Shown: positions 40,083 to 51,004 of the stretch, piece by piece
How positions within the stretch are numbered: the first letter of the stretch is position 1
Layout of the letters: each line of letters opens with the position of its first letter
NCBI GenBank assembly: GCA_041947025.1
Contig: JBHGBJ010000006.1
Coordinates: forward strand, 5,995-69,994
DNA: 64,000 nucleotides
Reading direction: 5' to 3'
Source of the DNA: Thermodesulfobacteriota bacterium
Lineage (GTDB): Bacteria > Desulfobacterota > BSN033 > UBA1163
The notes under the pieces: model-generated
What the model saw: the letters and a program-made list of their open reading frames with translations, nothing else
Told to the model about the DNA's origin: nothing
Database searches by the model: none
Position numbers and translations under genes: made by a program

Positions 40083-41479
40083 CCATTACCATTGAGGAGG
40101 TCTTGCGGGCAACCGGGGGAAGACTCCTTCAAGGAGAGGGGAGAGCCTTCTTTCAGGGGATTTCCACGGATTCAAGATCGGTGACCGAAGGGGAACTCTT
40201 CGTCGCCCTGAAGGGTCCCCGCTTCGACGGACACCATTTTGCCCTAAAGGCTCTTGAGAAGAGAGCAGGAGGCGTGCTGGTCGAAGAAGATCAGGCCAAG
40301 GATATCCGGTGGAATGGTTATCGACCCAAGGCGGTCATCGCTGTTAAGGACACCCTGAAAGCCTTAGGAGACATAGCCCGGGAGAAGAGGCAAAGATATC
40401 GCACCCCGGTCGTCGCGTTAACCGGGAGCAACGGAAAGACGACGACCAAGGAGATGGTCTCTGCCTGTCTCGAGACAACCTTCCCCGTTCTCAAGACAAA
40501 GGAGAATTTGAACAATCTCATCGGGCTTCCTCTCACCCTTCTAAAACTCACGGAGAAGGAGAGAGTGGTAGTCCTCGAAATGGGAATGAACGTTCCGGGT
40601 GAGGTCCGGAGGCTGACCGAGATTGCCGAACCCGACGTGGGATTGATCACCAATATCCACATCGTTCATCTCGAAGGAATGGGAAGTCTGGAAAGGGTGA
40701 AGGAGGAGAAGGGAGAACTCTTCCGAAAGATGCGAAGGGACGGAACAATTCTGGTCAATCAGAATGATCCCCATGTGATCGATCTGGCGAGTGAGTTTCC
40801 CGGCCAAAAGATCACCTACGGGGTTGAAAAATCCGCAGATGTGATGGCTAAGGGGATTCGACTCAAAGGACTGGAAGGGACTTCGTTTAAGCTGATCTTG
40901 GAGGGGGAAGAGAGCGAGGTTGTCCTTCCCCTATTGGGAAGACATTTCGTTCCCAATGCTCTGTCCGCGATTGCCGTGGCAAGCCTCTTCGGGATCGAGG
41001 TCGAGAAATCCAAAGAAGCACTCGAACATTTTCAGCCTTTCCACATGAGGATGGAGATGATCCGCCTTGAGGGTGGAAAGATCCTGATTGATGACACCTA
41101 TAATGCCAATCCCAGATCCATGGAAACGGCCCTGGAGACGCTGGCTGAGGCCAAGGGAAAGGGAAGGGCCATCGCCGTATTAGGCGACATGATGGAATTG
41201 GGAGATTTTAGGGAAGAGGCCCATCTGCAAATCGGGCAGAAGGTCAAGGAACTTTCGATCGATCTGCTTCTTGTCATGGGAGAAATGGCACCTCTCGTCG
41301 CGGGATCGGCGATCCGTCGTGGATTCGAGCCGAAGAAGGTCAGGATCGTGGAGGGCTATTCGGAGGCCATCTCCATTCTTAGAGAGGTGGCCCAGGAAGG
41401 AGACTGGATACTGATCAAGGGATCAAGGAGGATGGCGATGGAGAAGATCGTTGAGGGCTTGATCGAGAGGAGGGCTTAA
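40079..41479 (+). CDS. murF: UDP-N-acetylmuramoyl-tripeptide--D-alanyl-D-alanine ligase
   Basis: 466 aa; GTG start overlapping murE stop; [13 protein letters not shown]-loop. Confidence 0.9.
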   Translation: MTITIEEVLRATGGRLLQGEGRAFFQGISTDSRSVTEGELFVALKGPRFDGHHFALKALEKRAGGVLVEEDQAKDIRWNGYRPKAVIAVKDTLKALGDIAREKRQRYRTPVVALTGSNGKTTTKEMVSACLETTFPVLKTKENLNNLIGLPLTLLKLTEKERVVVLEMGMNVPGEVRRLTEIAEPDVGLITNIHIVHLEGMGSLERVKEEKGELFRKMRRDGTILVNQNDPHVIDLASEFPGQKITYGVEKSADVMAKGIRLKGLEGTSFKLILEGEESEVVLPLLGRHFVPNALSAIAVASLFGIEVEKSKEALEHFQPFHMRMEMIRLEGGKILIDDTYNANPRSMETALETLAEAKGKGRAIAVLGDMMELGDFREEAHLQIGQKVKELSIDLLLVMGEMAPLVAGSAIRRGFEPKKVRIVEGYSEAISILREVAQEGDWILIKGSRRMAMEKIVEGLIERRA

Positions 41480-41483
41480 AGGA

Positions 41484-42563
41484 ATGCTTTATCATCTCCT
41501 CTATCCTCTTCATGAGTATTTCTCCTTTCTCAATGTTTTTCGGTATATCACCTTCAGGACGATCTATTCGATTTTGACCGCCCTTCTGATCAGTTTCGTC
41601 GTCGGGCCTTGGCTGATCAAGAAGTTGAGGGCTTTTCAGATTCAACAGGTGGTGAGGGAGGATGTCCCCAGCCGGCACATGGTCAAGAATGGGACCCCCA
41701 CGATGGGAGGGAGCATGATCCTCGCTGCCGTCCTCATCCCGACCCTCTTCTGGTCTGACCTGACCAATCGCTATATCTGGGTCGTTTTGCTGACGACCTT
41801 GGGATTTGGGGTCCTGGGCTTTCTGGATGACTATAAGAAGCTCCTGGATAAGAAAGGAATCGGCCTCAAGGCCCGATACAAATTCCCCATCCAGGTCGCG
41901 ATGGGGCTTGTCACCAGCCTGGTCCTTTTTTATGGCTTTGATCACGACTCGAGACTGATCTTCCCGTTCTTTAAAAAGGTCATGCCGAATCTGGGGGATG
42001 GAGGATATGTCCTCTTTGCCATGCTTGTGATCGTTGGTTCTGCCAATGCGGTTAACCTGACGGATGGTCTGGACGGACTGGCGATCGGGCCTGTCCTCAT
42101 CGCCAGCGGGACCTTCATGCTTTTCTGTTACCTTGCAGGGAACTTCCGGTTCGCCGGTTATCTCCAGATTCCTTTCGTCCGAGGCAGTGGCGAATTGACG
42201 GTTCTGTGCGGAGCCTTGGTCGGTTCGGGCCTGGGTTTTCTCTGGTTCAATACCTATCCGGCCCAGATCTTTATGGGAGATGTCGGCTCTCTGGCCCTGG
42301 GAGCGGCATTGGGGACGATCGCGGTGATCATCAAGCAGGAGATCCTCCTGGTGATCGTCGGAGGAATCTTTGTCATCGAAGTGCTTTCGGTCATCATTCA
42401 AGTGATCTCCTATCAGTTGAGGAAAAAAAGGGTTTTCCGTATGGCACCCATTCATCACCATTTTGAATTGAAAGGTTGGGCCGAGCCGAAGATCATCGTC
42501 CGGTTCTGGATCATCGGCATCATCCTCGGATTGGTTGCGATCAGCACGCTGAAGCTGAGGTAA
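41484..42563 (+). CDS. mraY: phospho-N-acetylmuramoyl-pentapeptide-transferase
   Basis: 359 aa polytopic; ...K.GTPTMGG..., [13 protein letters not shown], ...[12 protein letters not shown] motifs. Confidence 0.9.
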   Translation: MLYHLLYPLHEYFSFLNVFRYITFRTIYSILTALLISFVVGPWLIKKLRAFQIQQVVREDVPSRHMVKNGTPTMGGSMILAAVLIPTLFWSDLTNRYIWVVLLTTLGFGVLGFLDDYKKLLDKKGIGLKARYKFPIQVAMGLVTSLVLFYGFDHDSRLIFPFFKKVMPNLGDGGYVLFAMLVIVGSANAVNLTDGLDGLAIGPVLIASGTFMLFCYLAGNFRFAGYLQIPFVRGSGELTVLCGALVGSGLGFLWFNTYPAQIFMGDVGSLALGAALGTIAVIIKQEILLVIVGGIFVIEVLSVIIQVISYQLRKKRVFRMAPIHHHFELKGWAEPKIIVRFWIIGIILGLVAISTLKLR

Positions 42564-42637
42564 ATTACCGGGGAATGGATTCGAGTGTTTGGGCGGGAAA
42601 GGGCAATGCGAGGAGATATTCAACGACAATTTCCAAA

Positions 42638-42658
42638 TCCCCTGCCTACCGGCAGGCA
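42638..42658. repeat. REP-like palindromic element (core copy) in mraY-murD spacer
   Basis: cccctgcctaccggcaggcac. Confidence 0.6.
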
Positions 42659-42719
42659 CCAAATTCAAAACAAATTCCAAATTCAAATTTCTGAATATCT
42701 AAACTCTTGAATTTGGTGG

Positions 42720-44162
42720 TTGGAATGTATTCGGTGCTCGGAGTTTGGAGCTTGGGATTTTCGCTACGGAGTTGAATTGAAATCGTCAACGAGTGTGTCA
42801 AAAGGGTTGGATCTCAGTGGCAGGAGAGTTCTGGTGGTGGGTTTGGCTCGGACCGGATTGGCAACGGTGAAGTTTCTCAGAACCAAGGGTTCGATCGTCA
42901 GCACGACAGAGATGATGCCAAAGGAACAGATGAAGGCTGCCGTCCAAGAATTGGAGGGAATCAATATTCCGATGGAATGGGGTGGCCATCGAGAAGAGAC
43001 TTTTCTCAGTCCCGATCTCATCGTGGTAAGCCCCGGGGTCGATTTGAACATTGGGCCGATCCAAAAGGCCCTGGGAAAAGGGATTCGCGTCATCAGCGAG
43101 ATCGAACTGGCTTACCACTTCATCCACATTCCCATCATTGCCGTCACAGGAACGAACGGAAAGACCACCACCACCTTATTGATTGGCGAAATGGTGAAGG
43201 AAGCAGGAACGAAAGTGGGGGTGGGAGGAAACGTCGGTGACCCGCTGATCCTGTTTGCAGAGGGGGGGGATCGATGGGAGGTTCTGGTGGTTGAGATCTC
43301 CAGCTTTCAATTGGAGGCGATCGAAGACTTTCGGCCCCGATTTTCAATTCTTCTCAACATCACCGAGGATCACTTGGATCGCTACCGGCGTTACGAAGAT
43401 TATATTGAGGCAAAGGTCCGGATCTTCATGAACCAGGATTCGGGTGATGTGGCGGTCCTCAATCAAGACGATCCCATGGTGAGGGCCAATCAAGCAAAGG
43501 TGAAGGCGAAGAAGCTCTTCTTCAGCTTGAAGGAGAGACTGGAGCAGGGTGCTTTTCTATCTGACCAAAGCATCGTCCTCAGGCTCGGGAAGAAAGAGGA
43601 GGATTACTCCTTAGCGAAGGCTTCCTTAAAAGGGATCCACAATGTGGAGAATATGATGGCGGCGATTACCGCTGCCAGAGCCTTCGGTTGTCCGAAGAAG
43701 CCGATCGAGACCGTTCTTTCCCGGTTTAAGGGGCTTGAGCATCGTGTTGAATTTGTGCGGGAGATCGAAGGCATCCGTTTCTACAATGACTCAAAGGGAA
43801 CCAATGTGGGCTCCGTGGTGAAATCTCTCCAGAGTTTTTCAGACCCCATCGTCTTGATAGCCGGAGGAAAGGATAAGATGGGGGATCTTTCCCCCCTCAA
43901 AGAATTGATCCGGGATCGGGTCAAGCAACTGATCCTCATCGGAGAGGCTAAGGAAAGAATGAATCGGGAGCTTGGAAGATACACGGATACGACCATTGCC
44001 AAGACCCTGGAAGAGGCCGTGACACTTGCTTATCAATCGGCGAAGAAGGGAGAAGTGGTTCTTCTTTCACCAGCCTGTTCGAGTTTCGATATGTTCAAAG
44101 ATTACAAGGAGAGAGGAAAGGTCTTTAAGGAAGCCGTATTTAGATTAGGAAAGAATGAATGA
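42720..44162 (+). CDS. murD: UDP-N-acetylmuramoylalanine--D-glutamate ligase
   Basis: GRRVLVVGLARTGLA, GTNGKTTTT P-loop. First ~25 codons of the ORF-track frame (MECIRCSEFGAW...) are probably not translated; GTG 42795 or TTG 42810 likely true start. Confidence 0.85.
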   Translation: MECIRCSEFGAWDFRYGVELKSSTSVSKGLDLSGRRVLVVGLARTGLATVKFLRTKGSIVSTTEMMPKEQMKAAVQELEGINIPMEWGGHREETFLSPDLIVVSPGVDLNIGPIQKALGKGIRVISEIELAYHFIHIPIIAVTGTNGKTTTTLLIGEMVKEAGTKVGVGGNVGDPLILFAEGGDRWEVLVVEISSFQLEAIEDFRPRFSILLNITEDHLDRYRRYEDYIEAKVRIFMNQDSGDVAVLNQDDPMVRANQAKVKAKKLFFSLKERLEQGAFLSDQSIVLRLGKKEEDYSLAKASLKGIHNVENMMAAITAARAFGCPKKPIETVLSRFKGLEHRVEFVREIEGIRFYNDSKGTNVGSVVKSLQSFSDPIVLIAGGKDKMGDLSPLKELIRDRVKQLILIGEAKERMNRELGRYTDTTIAKTLEEAVTLAYQSAKKGEVVLLSPACSSFDMFKDYKERGKVFKEAVFRLGKNE

Positions 44163-44403
44163 CAAATGTCAAAGCTCAAAGGAAGCTCGAAATCTAAATG
44201 TCAAAAAATTTGACATTTAGTCATTTGTCATGAATTTGACCGGAACGTGCCCCGCAAGCCCCGCCTTGTAGGCGGGGTAAAGGGGCACTATATGAACGAT
44301 GATACCTTTCCGGGAAGCCCCGGCCTGTGGCCGGGGAGCTTCACCTTTGAACTTTGGAATTCTGAGAGATTTTCTAATTTTCAGGTATCGGCGATGGGGC
44401 AGG

Positions 44404-45507
44404 ATGAGCAAAGGTAAACGAAGATTCGACTATATTCTATTAATCGTAACCCTTGCCTTAATTGGAGTCGGGATTGTGATGGTCTACAGCACGAGTGCGA
44501 TCCTGGCCGGAGACCGTTTTCAGGATCCGTACTACTTCTTAAAGAGGCAAGCCCTCTATGCAGGGATTGGTTTCGTCCTGATGATCCTGATGATGTTCTT
44601 CCCTTACGAGGTTCTGAAACGATTCGCCTACCCGATCCTGATCCTTTCCATCCTCTCCTTGATTGCCGTCCTGATCCCGGGGATTGGCCACAAAGCGGGA
44701 GGGTCCATGCGCTGGCTGAAGATTCAATTCTTCTCCTTTCAGCCTTCGGAATTTGCCAAGTTAGGTTTGATCATCTTTTTGGCCTACTTTTTAACCAAGA
44801 AGGAGGAGAAGATTCGAAGCTTCTCGTTTGGTTTTCTTCCGACCATCCTTCTCTCCGGTGTGGTCATCGCCCTGGTGGTGAAAGAGCCCGATTTTGGAGC
44901 CGCCCTCTTCCTGACCGTGGTGGTTTTTCTCCTTCTTTTCGTCAGCGGTGCCAGGTTGATCTACGTCGCCGGCGCTCTTCTGATCGCCGCCCCTGTTGCC
45001 TATTATTTCATCATGAATGCGGGGTACCGGTACAAAAGGCTGATGAGCTTTATCCGGCCCTGGGAGGACCCTACGGGGACCAGTTTCCAGATCATTCAAT
45101 CCTTTCTCTCCTTCGGCTCGGGAGGCCTCTTCGGATTAGGGCTGGGAGAAGGAAGGCAGAAACTCTTCTTTCTTCCTGCTCCCCATACGGATTTCATCTT
45201 TTCCATCATCGGAGAGGAGTTGGGATTGGTCGGGGCGATGATCGTGGTGCTCCTTTTCTTCATTTTGACCTTAAGAGGGGTTCAGATCGCCCTTTCCGTT
45301 GAGGATCGGTTTGGGGCTTATCTGGCACTCGGAATTACGCTGATGATCTCTCTGCAGGCGGTCATCAATATGACGGTGGTCTTAGGACTCCTTCCCACAA
45401 AAGGGTTAACCCTTCCTCTGGTCAGTTACGGGGGGACGTCCTTGGTTGCGAACCTGGTTGGGGTCGGGATTCTTCTTCACCTCTCGACCCAGATGGATCG
45501 GAGATGA
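44404..45507 (+). CDS. ftsW: peptidoglycan glycosyltransferase FtsW (SEDS family)
   Basis: Start at ATG 44404 (MSKGKRRFDYILLIVTLALIGVGIVMVYS); 10 TM SEDS pattern; ORF-track N-extension covers the murD-ftsW hairpin spacer. Confidence 0.85.
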   Translation: MSKGKRRFDYILLIVTLALIGVGIVMVYSTSAILAGDRFQDPYYFLKRQALYAGIGFVLMILMMFFPYEVLKRFAYPILILSILSLIAVLIPGIGHKAGGSMRWLKIQFFSFQPSEFAKLGLIIFLAYFLTKKEEKIRSFSFGFLPTILLSGVVIALVVKEPDFGAALFLTVVVFLLLFVSGARLIYVAGALLIAAPVAYYFIMNAGYRYKRLMSFIRPWEDPTGTSFQIIQSFLSFGSGGLFGLGLGEGRQKLFFLPAPHTDFIFSIIGEELGLVGAMIVVLLFFILTLRGVQIALSVEDRFGAYLALGITLMISLQAVINMTVVLGLLPTKGLTLPLVSYGGTSLVANLVGVGILLHLSTQMDRR

Positions 45508-46610
45508 GATTGGTGATTGCAGGAGGCGGTACAGGAGGACATCTTTTCCCGGGAATTGCGATCGCAGAGGCCTTCGCAGAAAGAGAGCCGGGGAACGAGG
45601 TCCTTTTCATCGGGACAGAGAGGGGGATCGAAGCGAGGGTCTTGGCGGAAGGAAAATTTCCCTTGAGAACGATCCGAGCGATGCCTCTCAAAGGAAGATC
45701 TTTTCTTGAGAAGGTAAAAGCCCTCGGGTCCATTCCAGCGGCCGTAGCAGAGGCGTACTCCATCTTAAAGAACTTCCAGCCTCAACTGGTATTGGGCGTA
45801 GGAGGATATGCCTCTGGGCCGACCCTCGTGGCGGCCTCTCTTTTGGGGACGAAAAGGGCAATCCACGAACAGAATGTGATACCGGGGATGACCAATCGTA
45901 TCTTAAAGTGGTTCAGTCAACGGATCTTCGTCTCCTTCGAAGAAACCCAGGAGTACTTTCCTGAGAAGAAGACGATCGTGACAGGAAATCCGATCCGGAG
46001 AGACATTCTCCAACCGGGTGCCGAGGTTAAAGGGACGGAGAAGAAAAAGGGGGATCGATTCACTCTCCTTATCTTCGGAGGGAGCGCAGGGGCCCATCGG
46101 ATCAATCAGGCGATGGTGGAGGCCCTGGATTACCTCCAAGAGATGAAGCTCTATCTGAAATTCTTTCACCAGACAGGGAGAGAGGATGTGGATTGGGTTT
46201 CCAAAGGATATCAAGAGAAAGGCTTTGATGCGGTGGTGATGCCTTTTATTAAAGACATGGCGACCCACTATCAAATGACCGATCTGGTCGTCTGCAGATC
46301 AGGGGCAAGCACGGTTTCGGAATTGGCAATCTGCGGGAAGGCGGCCATTCTGATCCCCTATCCCCATGCGGCCCATAACCATCAGGTGATCAACGCCCAG
46401 AAATTGGTCGACCTTGGCGCAACGCGCATGATACGGGATGAGGAATTGAACGGCTCCCTGCTCGCTCAGACGATTCATCACCTTTATAATCATCCAGAAG
46501 AACGAGCCCGGATGGAAGCGCAGATTCGGCTGGTGGGTAGGCCCAGGGCGGCCCAAGAGATTGTAGAACATTGCTATGCGCTCATTAGAAATAAGGAAAT
46601 GTCTGTTTAG
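45504..46610 (+). CDS. murG: undecaprenyldiphospho-muramoylpentapeptide beta-N-acetylglucosaminyltransferase
   Basis: 368 aa; MRLVIAGGGTGGHLFPGIAIAEA... canonical MurG N-terminus; overlaps ftsW stop. Confidence 0.9.
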   Translation: MRLVIAGGGTGGHLFPGIAIAEAFAEREPGNEVLFIGTERGIEARVLAEGKFPLRTIRAMPLKGRSFLEKVKALGSIPAAVAEAYSILKNFQPQLVLGVGGYASGPTLVAASLLGTKRAIHEQNVIPGMTNRILKWFSQRIFVSFEETQEYFPEKKTIVTGNPIRRDILQPGAEVKGTEKKKGDRFTLLIFGGSAGAHRINQAMVEALDYLQEMKLYLKFFHQTGREDVDWVSKGYQEKGFDAVVMPFIKDMATHYQMTDLVVCRSGASTVSELAICGKAAILIPYPHAAHNHQVINAQKLVDLGATRMIRDEELNGSLLAQTIHHLYNHPEERARMEAQIRLVGRPRAAQEIVEHCYALIRNKEMSV

Positions 46611-46709
46611 TCTATTTAGTCTTTTTCGTCTATCTCGTTAACTTAACAAACCAGATAGGCCAGAAGAACCAGACAGACTAGACAAACCAGATAGACCAGA
46701 AAGACGAGA

Positions 46710-48080
46710 ATGTATCGAAAAGGAAAGATTCAGCATATTCATTTTGTGGGCATCGGCGGGATCGGCATGAGTGGCATTGCCGAGGTTCTCCTCAACCTGG
46801 GCTACCACATCACGGGCTCGGATATCAAGGAAACCGAAGTGACCCGAAGGCTGCAAACGCTCGGATGTGAGATCTTCTACGGCCATCGGAAGGAGAATGT
46901 GAAGGAGGTCGATGTGGTCGTGGTCTCCTCTGCGATTCGTCACGAGAATCCGGAGGTGAAAACGGCTGAGGAGAGGCTTATTCCGGTGATCCCGCGGGCG
47001 GAGATGCTTGCGGAGCTGATGCGGATGAAAGTCGGGGTCGCGATTGCGGGCACCCATGGAAAGACGACGACCACTTCCCTTATCGCCACCGTTCTGGGAG
47101 CCGGCGGGCTCGACCCGACCGTGGTGATCGGAGGGAGACTGAACAGCATCGGAAGTAATGCCAGGCTTGGCCAGGGAGATTTCTTGGTGGCTGAGGCTGA
47201 CGAAAGCGACGGCTCTTTCGTCAAACTGATGCCCACCATTGCTGTCGTCACGAATATCGACCCCGAACACCTCGATTACTATCCAGGGATTGAGGAGATC
47301 AAAGAGACCTTTCTCAGTTTCTTAAATAAGATTCCCTTTTTTGGCCTGGCCGTACTCTGCCTGGATCATCCCAATATCCAGAGCCTCATCCCGAGGCTGA
47401 AGAAACGATTCACCACTTATGGATTGACATCCCAGGCGGATTTCCAGGCCAAGGAGATCGAGTTCGAAGGTCTTTCCACGAGCTTTGACGTCCTTCATAA
47501 GAATCGGGAGATCGGCAGATTGAAGCTTCGGATGCCCGGACTCCATAACGTCTATAATTCCTTGGCCACCGTCGCCACAGCCTTTGAGCTGGATATCCCC
47601 TTCCGGGTGATTCAGGAAACGCTCCGTGATTTCAGCGGGATTCAGAGAAGGTTCCAGATCAAAGGAGAGAAGAAGGAGATCCTCATCGTCGATGACTATG
47701 GCCATCATCCGATAGAAATCATGGCAACACTGAAGGCGGCGCGGAGCGGCTGGAAGAGAAGGGTTGTCGTGGTTTTCCAGCCGCACCGTTACTCCCGGAC
47801 CAAGGCCCTTTTCCAAGATTTTCTAACGGCCTTTTACGATGCCGACGTTCTCATCCTCACCGATATCTATCCGGCAGGAGAGGATCGGATCGAAGGAGTA
47901 GAGGCCCGCTCGCTCTTTGAAGGCCTTCGAGAATACGGCCATAAGAATGTGACCTATCTGCCGAATAAGAAGGAGATTGTGGATCATCTCCTTCGAATCC
48001 TTGCCCCGGGAGATCTGGTGATCACCTTGGGAGCCGGTGACATCTGGCAGGTGGCTGATGAGCTGGTGCAACGTTTATGA
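46710..48080 (+). CDS. murC: UDP-N-acetylmuramate--L-alanine ligase
   Basis: 456 aa; [29 protein letters not shown]-loop. Confidence 0.9.
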   Translation: MYRKGKIQHIHFVGIGGIGMSGIAEVLLNLGYHITGSDIKETEVTRRLQTLGCEIFYGHRKENVKEVDVVVVSSAIRHENPEVKTAEERLIPVIPRAEMLAELMRMKVGVAIAGTHGKTTTTSLIATVLGAGGLDPTVVIGGRLNSIGSNARLGQGDFLVAEADESDGSFVKLMPTIAVVTNIDPEHLDYYPGIEEIKETFLSFLNKIPFFGLAVLCLDHPNIQSLIPRLKKRFTTYGLTSQADFQAKEIEFEGLSTSFDVLHKNREIGRLKLRMPGLHNVYNSLATVATAFELDIPFRVIQETLRDFSGIQRRFQIKGEKKEILIVDDYGHHPIEIMATLKAARSGWKRRVVVVFQPHRYSRTKALFQDFLTAFYDADVLILTDIYPAGEDRIEGVEARSLFEGLREYGHKNVTYLPNKKEIVDHLLRILAPGDLVITLGAGDIWQVADELVQRL

Positions 48081-48087
48081 ATTCGGA

Positions 48088-48211
48088 GTTCGGAATGCGG
48101 TATCCCAAATTCGGAATTCGGAGTTCGGAATGCGGAGTGAAAGATTTATATTCCGCATTCTGCGTTCCGCAATCCGCATTTGATAAATTCCGCACTCTGC
48201 ATTCCGCAATA
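48088..48211. repeat. 124-bp imperfect inverted repeat built from TTCGGAAT(G)CGG / CCGCATTCCGAA words (murC-murB spacer)
   Basis: attcggagttcggaatgcggtatcccaaattcggaattcggagttcggaatgcggagtg ... tattccgcattctgcgttccgcaatccgcatttgataaattccgcactctgcattccgcaat. Confidence 0.7.
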
Positions 48212-48213
48212 GA

Positions 48214-49122
48214 ATGATGACAAGGGATTACAAAAAAATGGCCATGGGTTTGATTCATGGAAGAGTTCTTTTCGATGCACCCATGAGGCGGTTCACCTCG
48301 ATGAAGGTGGGCGGTCCTGCGGACAGCCTCCTCTTTCCAAAGGATGTTGCGGAGCTGAGAAGGGTGGCCCGTTATGCCAGGAGGGAGAGGATCCCCGTCT
48401 TGATCTTGGGAAAAGGGACAAACCTGGTCGTGCGGGACAAAGGGGTCCGCGGGTGGGTGATCAGTCTCGCTCAAGGAATGAAAGAGGTTCGGTTGAATGG
48501 AGATGTGGTTGAAGCCGGAGCGGGTCTTTCTCTCCAACGACTGGTCCGGTTTTCAATCGAGAAGGGCCTGACGGGGCTCGAACCCTTCTTCGGCATTCCG
48601 GGGACCGTGGGTGGCGGATTGGCAATGAATGCCGGTGCATGGGGTGCTGAATTGAAGGATATTCTCCTTTCGATCACCTTCATGAATGGGGAGGGAGAAA
48701 TCGTGGAGAGGCCGCGGAAAAAGTTGAGATTCTATTATCGGAGGCTGGCGATCCCATCTTCCTGGATCATTCTCAAAGGACGGTTTCAGTTGAAAAAGGG
48801 AAGAGGAGAGGAGATCCGTGCGCGGATCAAATCATATTCAGAGATGAGAAAGAGAACCCAGCCATTGGATTACCCCAGTGCGGGCTCCATCTTCAAAAAT
48901 CCTCCGGAAGGCCCTGCGGGAAAATGGATTGAGGAAGCGGGACTGAAAGGGTTTAGAATAGGACAGGCCATGGTTTCGGATCGCCATGCCAATTTCATCA
49001 TCAATCTGGGTACGGCCAAGGCCCGCGATGTGATCCATTTGATGGAGTGGGTGGAGAAGAAGGTCTATGAAGAGAAAGGCATCTCCCTTGAAAGGGAGGT
49101 CAGAGTGGTGGGCGAGGCCTGA
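48214..49122 (+). CDS. murB: UDP-N-acetylenolpyruvoylglucosamine reductase
   Basis: 302 aa; FAD-binding PCMH domain (KVGGPADSLLFP...LILGKGTNLVV) and C-terminal MurB domain. Confidence 0.85.
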   Translation: MMTRDYKKMAMGLIHGRVLFDAPMRRFTSMKVGGPADSLLFPKDVAELRRVARYARRERIPVLILGKGTNLVVRDKGVRGWVISLAQGMKEVRLNGDVVEAGAGLSLQRLVRFSIEKGLTGLEPFFGIPGTVGGGLAMNAGAWGAELKDILLSITFMNGEGEIVERPRKKLRFYYRRLAIPSSWIILKGRFQLKKGRGEEIRARIKSYSEMRKRTQPLDYPSAGSIFKNPPEGPAGKWIEEAGLKGFRIGQAMVSDRHANFIINLGTAKARDVIHLMEWVEKKVYEEKGISLEREVRVVGEA

Positions 49123-49150
49123 TACGGAATAAGGGGTTGGCGATCAGTCC

Positions 49151-50083
49151 ATGAATGATCAGTCTCTCAAGAAAAAGAAGATCGGAGTATTAATGGGGGG
49201 CCTCTCCCGGGAGAGAGAGATCTCTCTGAAGACGGGAAAGGCGATCCTGAGAGCTCTTGCCGAAAAGGGATATACGGTTTGCTCCATCGATGTGGATCAA
49301 AACGTTGCCGAGACCTTGATCAAGAAGAGGATCGAATATGCCTTTGTGGCCCTCCATGGACGGTTCGGGGAAGACGGGACTGTTCAGGGAATGCTGGAAT
49401 TAATGAGGGTCCCCTATACCGGATCGGGCGTTTTGGCAAGCGCTTTGGCGATTCATAAGATCATGTCCAAGAAGATCCTTCTTTGCGAAACGATACCCAC
49501 TCCTCCCTTTGAGGTCGTTCAGCGACGGGACCTCGAAAAAGGTTCTCTGAGAAAGATCTCATTACCTCTTCCCCTTGTGATCAAACCCGCAAGGGAGGGT
49601 TCGACGATCGGTATCTCGATTGTACGGACGGAAGAAGACCTGGTCCCTTCCTTAAGAGAGGCGGGCAAATATGACGAAGAGATACTGGTGGAGAAATTTG
49701 TGAAAGGCAAGGAGATCACCGTAGGGATTCTCGAAGACATTCCGCTACCCGTGATCGAGATCGTTCCGAAAGGCGGTTTTTACGATTACCACTCCAAATA
49801 TACAAAAGGGGAGACCCAATATATTATCCCTGCCCGGATTCCGAGAGAAAAGTATCTCCATGCGCAGGAAATGAGCCTCAAGGCCTTTCACGCTCTGGGT
49901 TGTTCGGGTTGTGCGAGAGTGGATTTGATGACCGACGAGAATGACGATTCATTTGTGATCGATATCAACACCATGCCAGGGATGACGGAGACGAGCCTCC
50001 TTCCGAAGGCAGCCAATCATGTCGGGATTTCATTTGAAGACTTAGTCGAGAGGATACTCTTGGGAGCGTCCCTGAAAGCGTGA
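49151..50083 (+). CDS. ddl: D-alanine--D-alanine ligase
   Basis: 310 aa; KIGVLMGGLSREREISLKTG, HGRFGEDGTVQG, ATP-grasp C-terminal. Confidence 0.9.
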   Translation: MNDQSLKKKKIGVLMGGLSREREISLKTGKAILRALAEKGYTVCSIDVDQNVAETLIKKRIEYAFVALHGRFGEDGTVQGMLELMRVPYTGSGVLASALAIHKIMSKKILLCETIPTPPFEVVQRRDLEKGSLRKISLPLPLVIKPAREGSTIGISIVRTEEDLVPSLREAGKYDEEILVEKFVKGKEITVGILEDIPLPVIEIVPKGGFYDYHSKYTKGETQYIIPARIPREKYLHAQEMSLKAFHALGCSGCARVDLMTDENDDSFVIDINTMPGMTETSLLPKAANHVGISFEDLVERILLGASLKA

Positions 50084-50149
50084 AGAGGAATCCCCATTCT
50101 CTCCCTCCGTTTCTAAGGGGGGGTAGGGAGGGGTTAGGCCATTCGTGAT

Positions 50150-50977
50150 ATGGAAGAGATCGCTGTAATCGATCAAGAAAGATTTCTTCGACCCCGGAAA
50201 AAGAGGGAGACGAGAGGGGGAGAAAAATTTCAGAATATTTTGAGGAAAACGGTTCGTATCGCTTTCCAACTCCTGCTCCTCTCCTTCTTCTTCTTCATCG
50301 GTTATCGTGTCTATGTCCATCTTTTAGAAGATCCGTGGTTTCGAGTGAACGAGGTTGAGGTGGAGGGAAACCAAAAAATTTCGCGAGAAACCGTCCTATC
50401 CCTTATCCGGCTCGAGGGTATGCCAAACCTCTTCACCCTCAAGCTGAAAGAAGTGACCAAGCGGTTAGAGGGGCACCCATGGATTGAGCAGGTGAAGGCA
50501 AGAAAGGTTTTCCCCAATAAGATCCGGATCGAGATCGAGGAGAGAAGGCCGATCGCCATCCTTCAATTGGAGGAGCCTTATTATATCGACACCAAAGGGG
50601 TGATCTTTTCTCAAGTGGAAGGCGAAGATACATTTGACTATCCCTTCCTCACGGGATTGACCCTTCGGTCTCTGGAAAAAGATCCCGCGGAGGCGAAGCG
50701 CCTCATCACCAAAGCCCTGGAATTCTTAAGAATGATCCATAAAGAACAGGCCTTTCCCGCAGAGGAGATTTCCGAGATCCATATGGAGAAGGCTTTCGGC
50801 CTTCAGTGTTTCACAAAGGCCGAGGGAATAGAATTGAGAATGGGGTGGGGACAGTTCGGAGAGAAGCTGAGAAGATTGTCCATCATCTGGTCGGACCTTA
50901 AGAAAAGGGGAGTCTCCGTGATTTCGATCGACTGCAGTGATTTGAAGAGGATGGTCGTCAAAAAATCCCCGTCATAG
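50150..50977 (+). CDS. ftsQ: cell division protein FtsQ (POTRA + beta domain)
   Basis: 275 aa; N-terminal TM (IAFQLLLLSFFFFIGY), POTRA segment (FRVNEVEVEGNQKISRETVLSL...), position between ddl and ftsA. Confidence 0.75.
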   Translation: MEEIAVIDQERFLRPRKKRETRGGEKFQNILRKTVRIAFQLLLLSFFFFIGYRVYVHLLEDPWFRVNEVEVEGNQKISRETVLSLIRLEGMPNLFTLKLKEVTKRLEGHPWIEQVKARKVFPNKIRIEIEERRPIAILQLEEPYYIDTKGVIFSQVEGEDTFDYPFLTGLTLRSLEKDPAEAKRLITKALEFLRMIHKEQAFPAEEISEIHMEKAFGLQCFTKAEGIELRMGWGQFGEKLRRLSIIWSDLKKRGVSVISIDCSDLKRMVVKKSPS

Positions 50978-51004
50978 AAGGACGGGGGAGGAGGTGATTA
51001 CGAG

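Noticed and set aside
41415-42686. 423-aa ORF antisense to mraY
   Set aside because: Opposite strand of a strongly supported gene; low-complexity D/E/R/P-rich translation, no RBS. Similar shadow ORFs: 36501..37862 (antisense ftsI), 46638..47270 (murC), 52651..53510 (ftsZ), 63018..63950 (aldehyde dehydrogenase).
44299-44403. 35-codon N-terminal extension of ftsW and ~25-codon extension of murD (42720-42794)
   Set aside because: Both extensions read through hairpin/REP spacers and add non-conserved residues; internal starts fit family N-termini.
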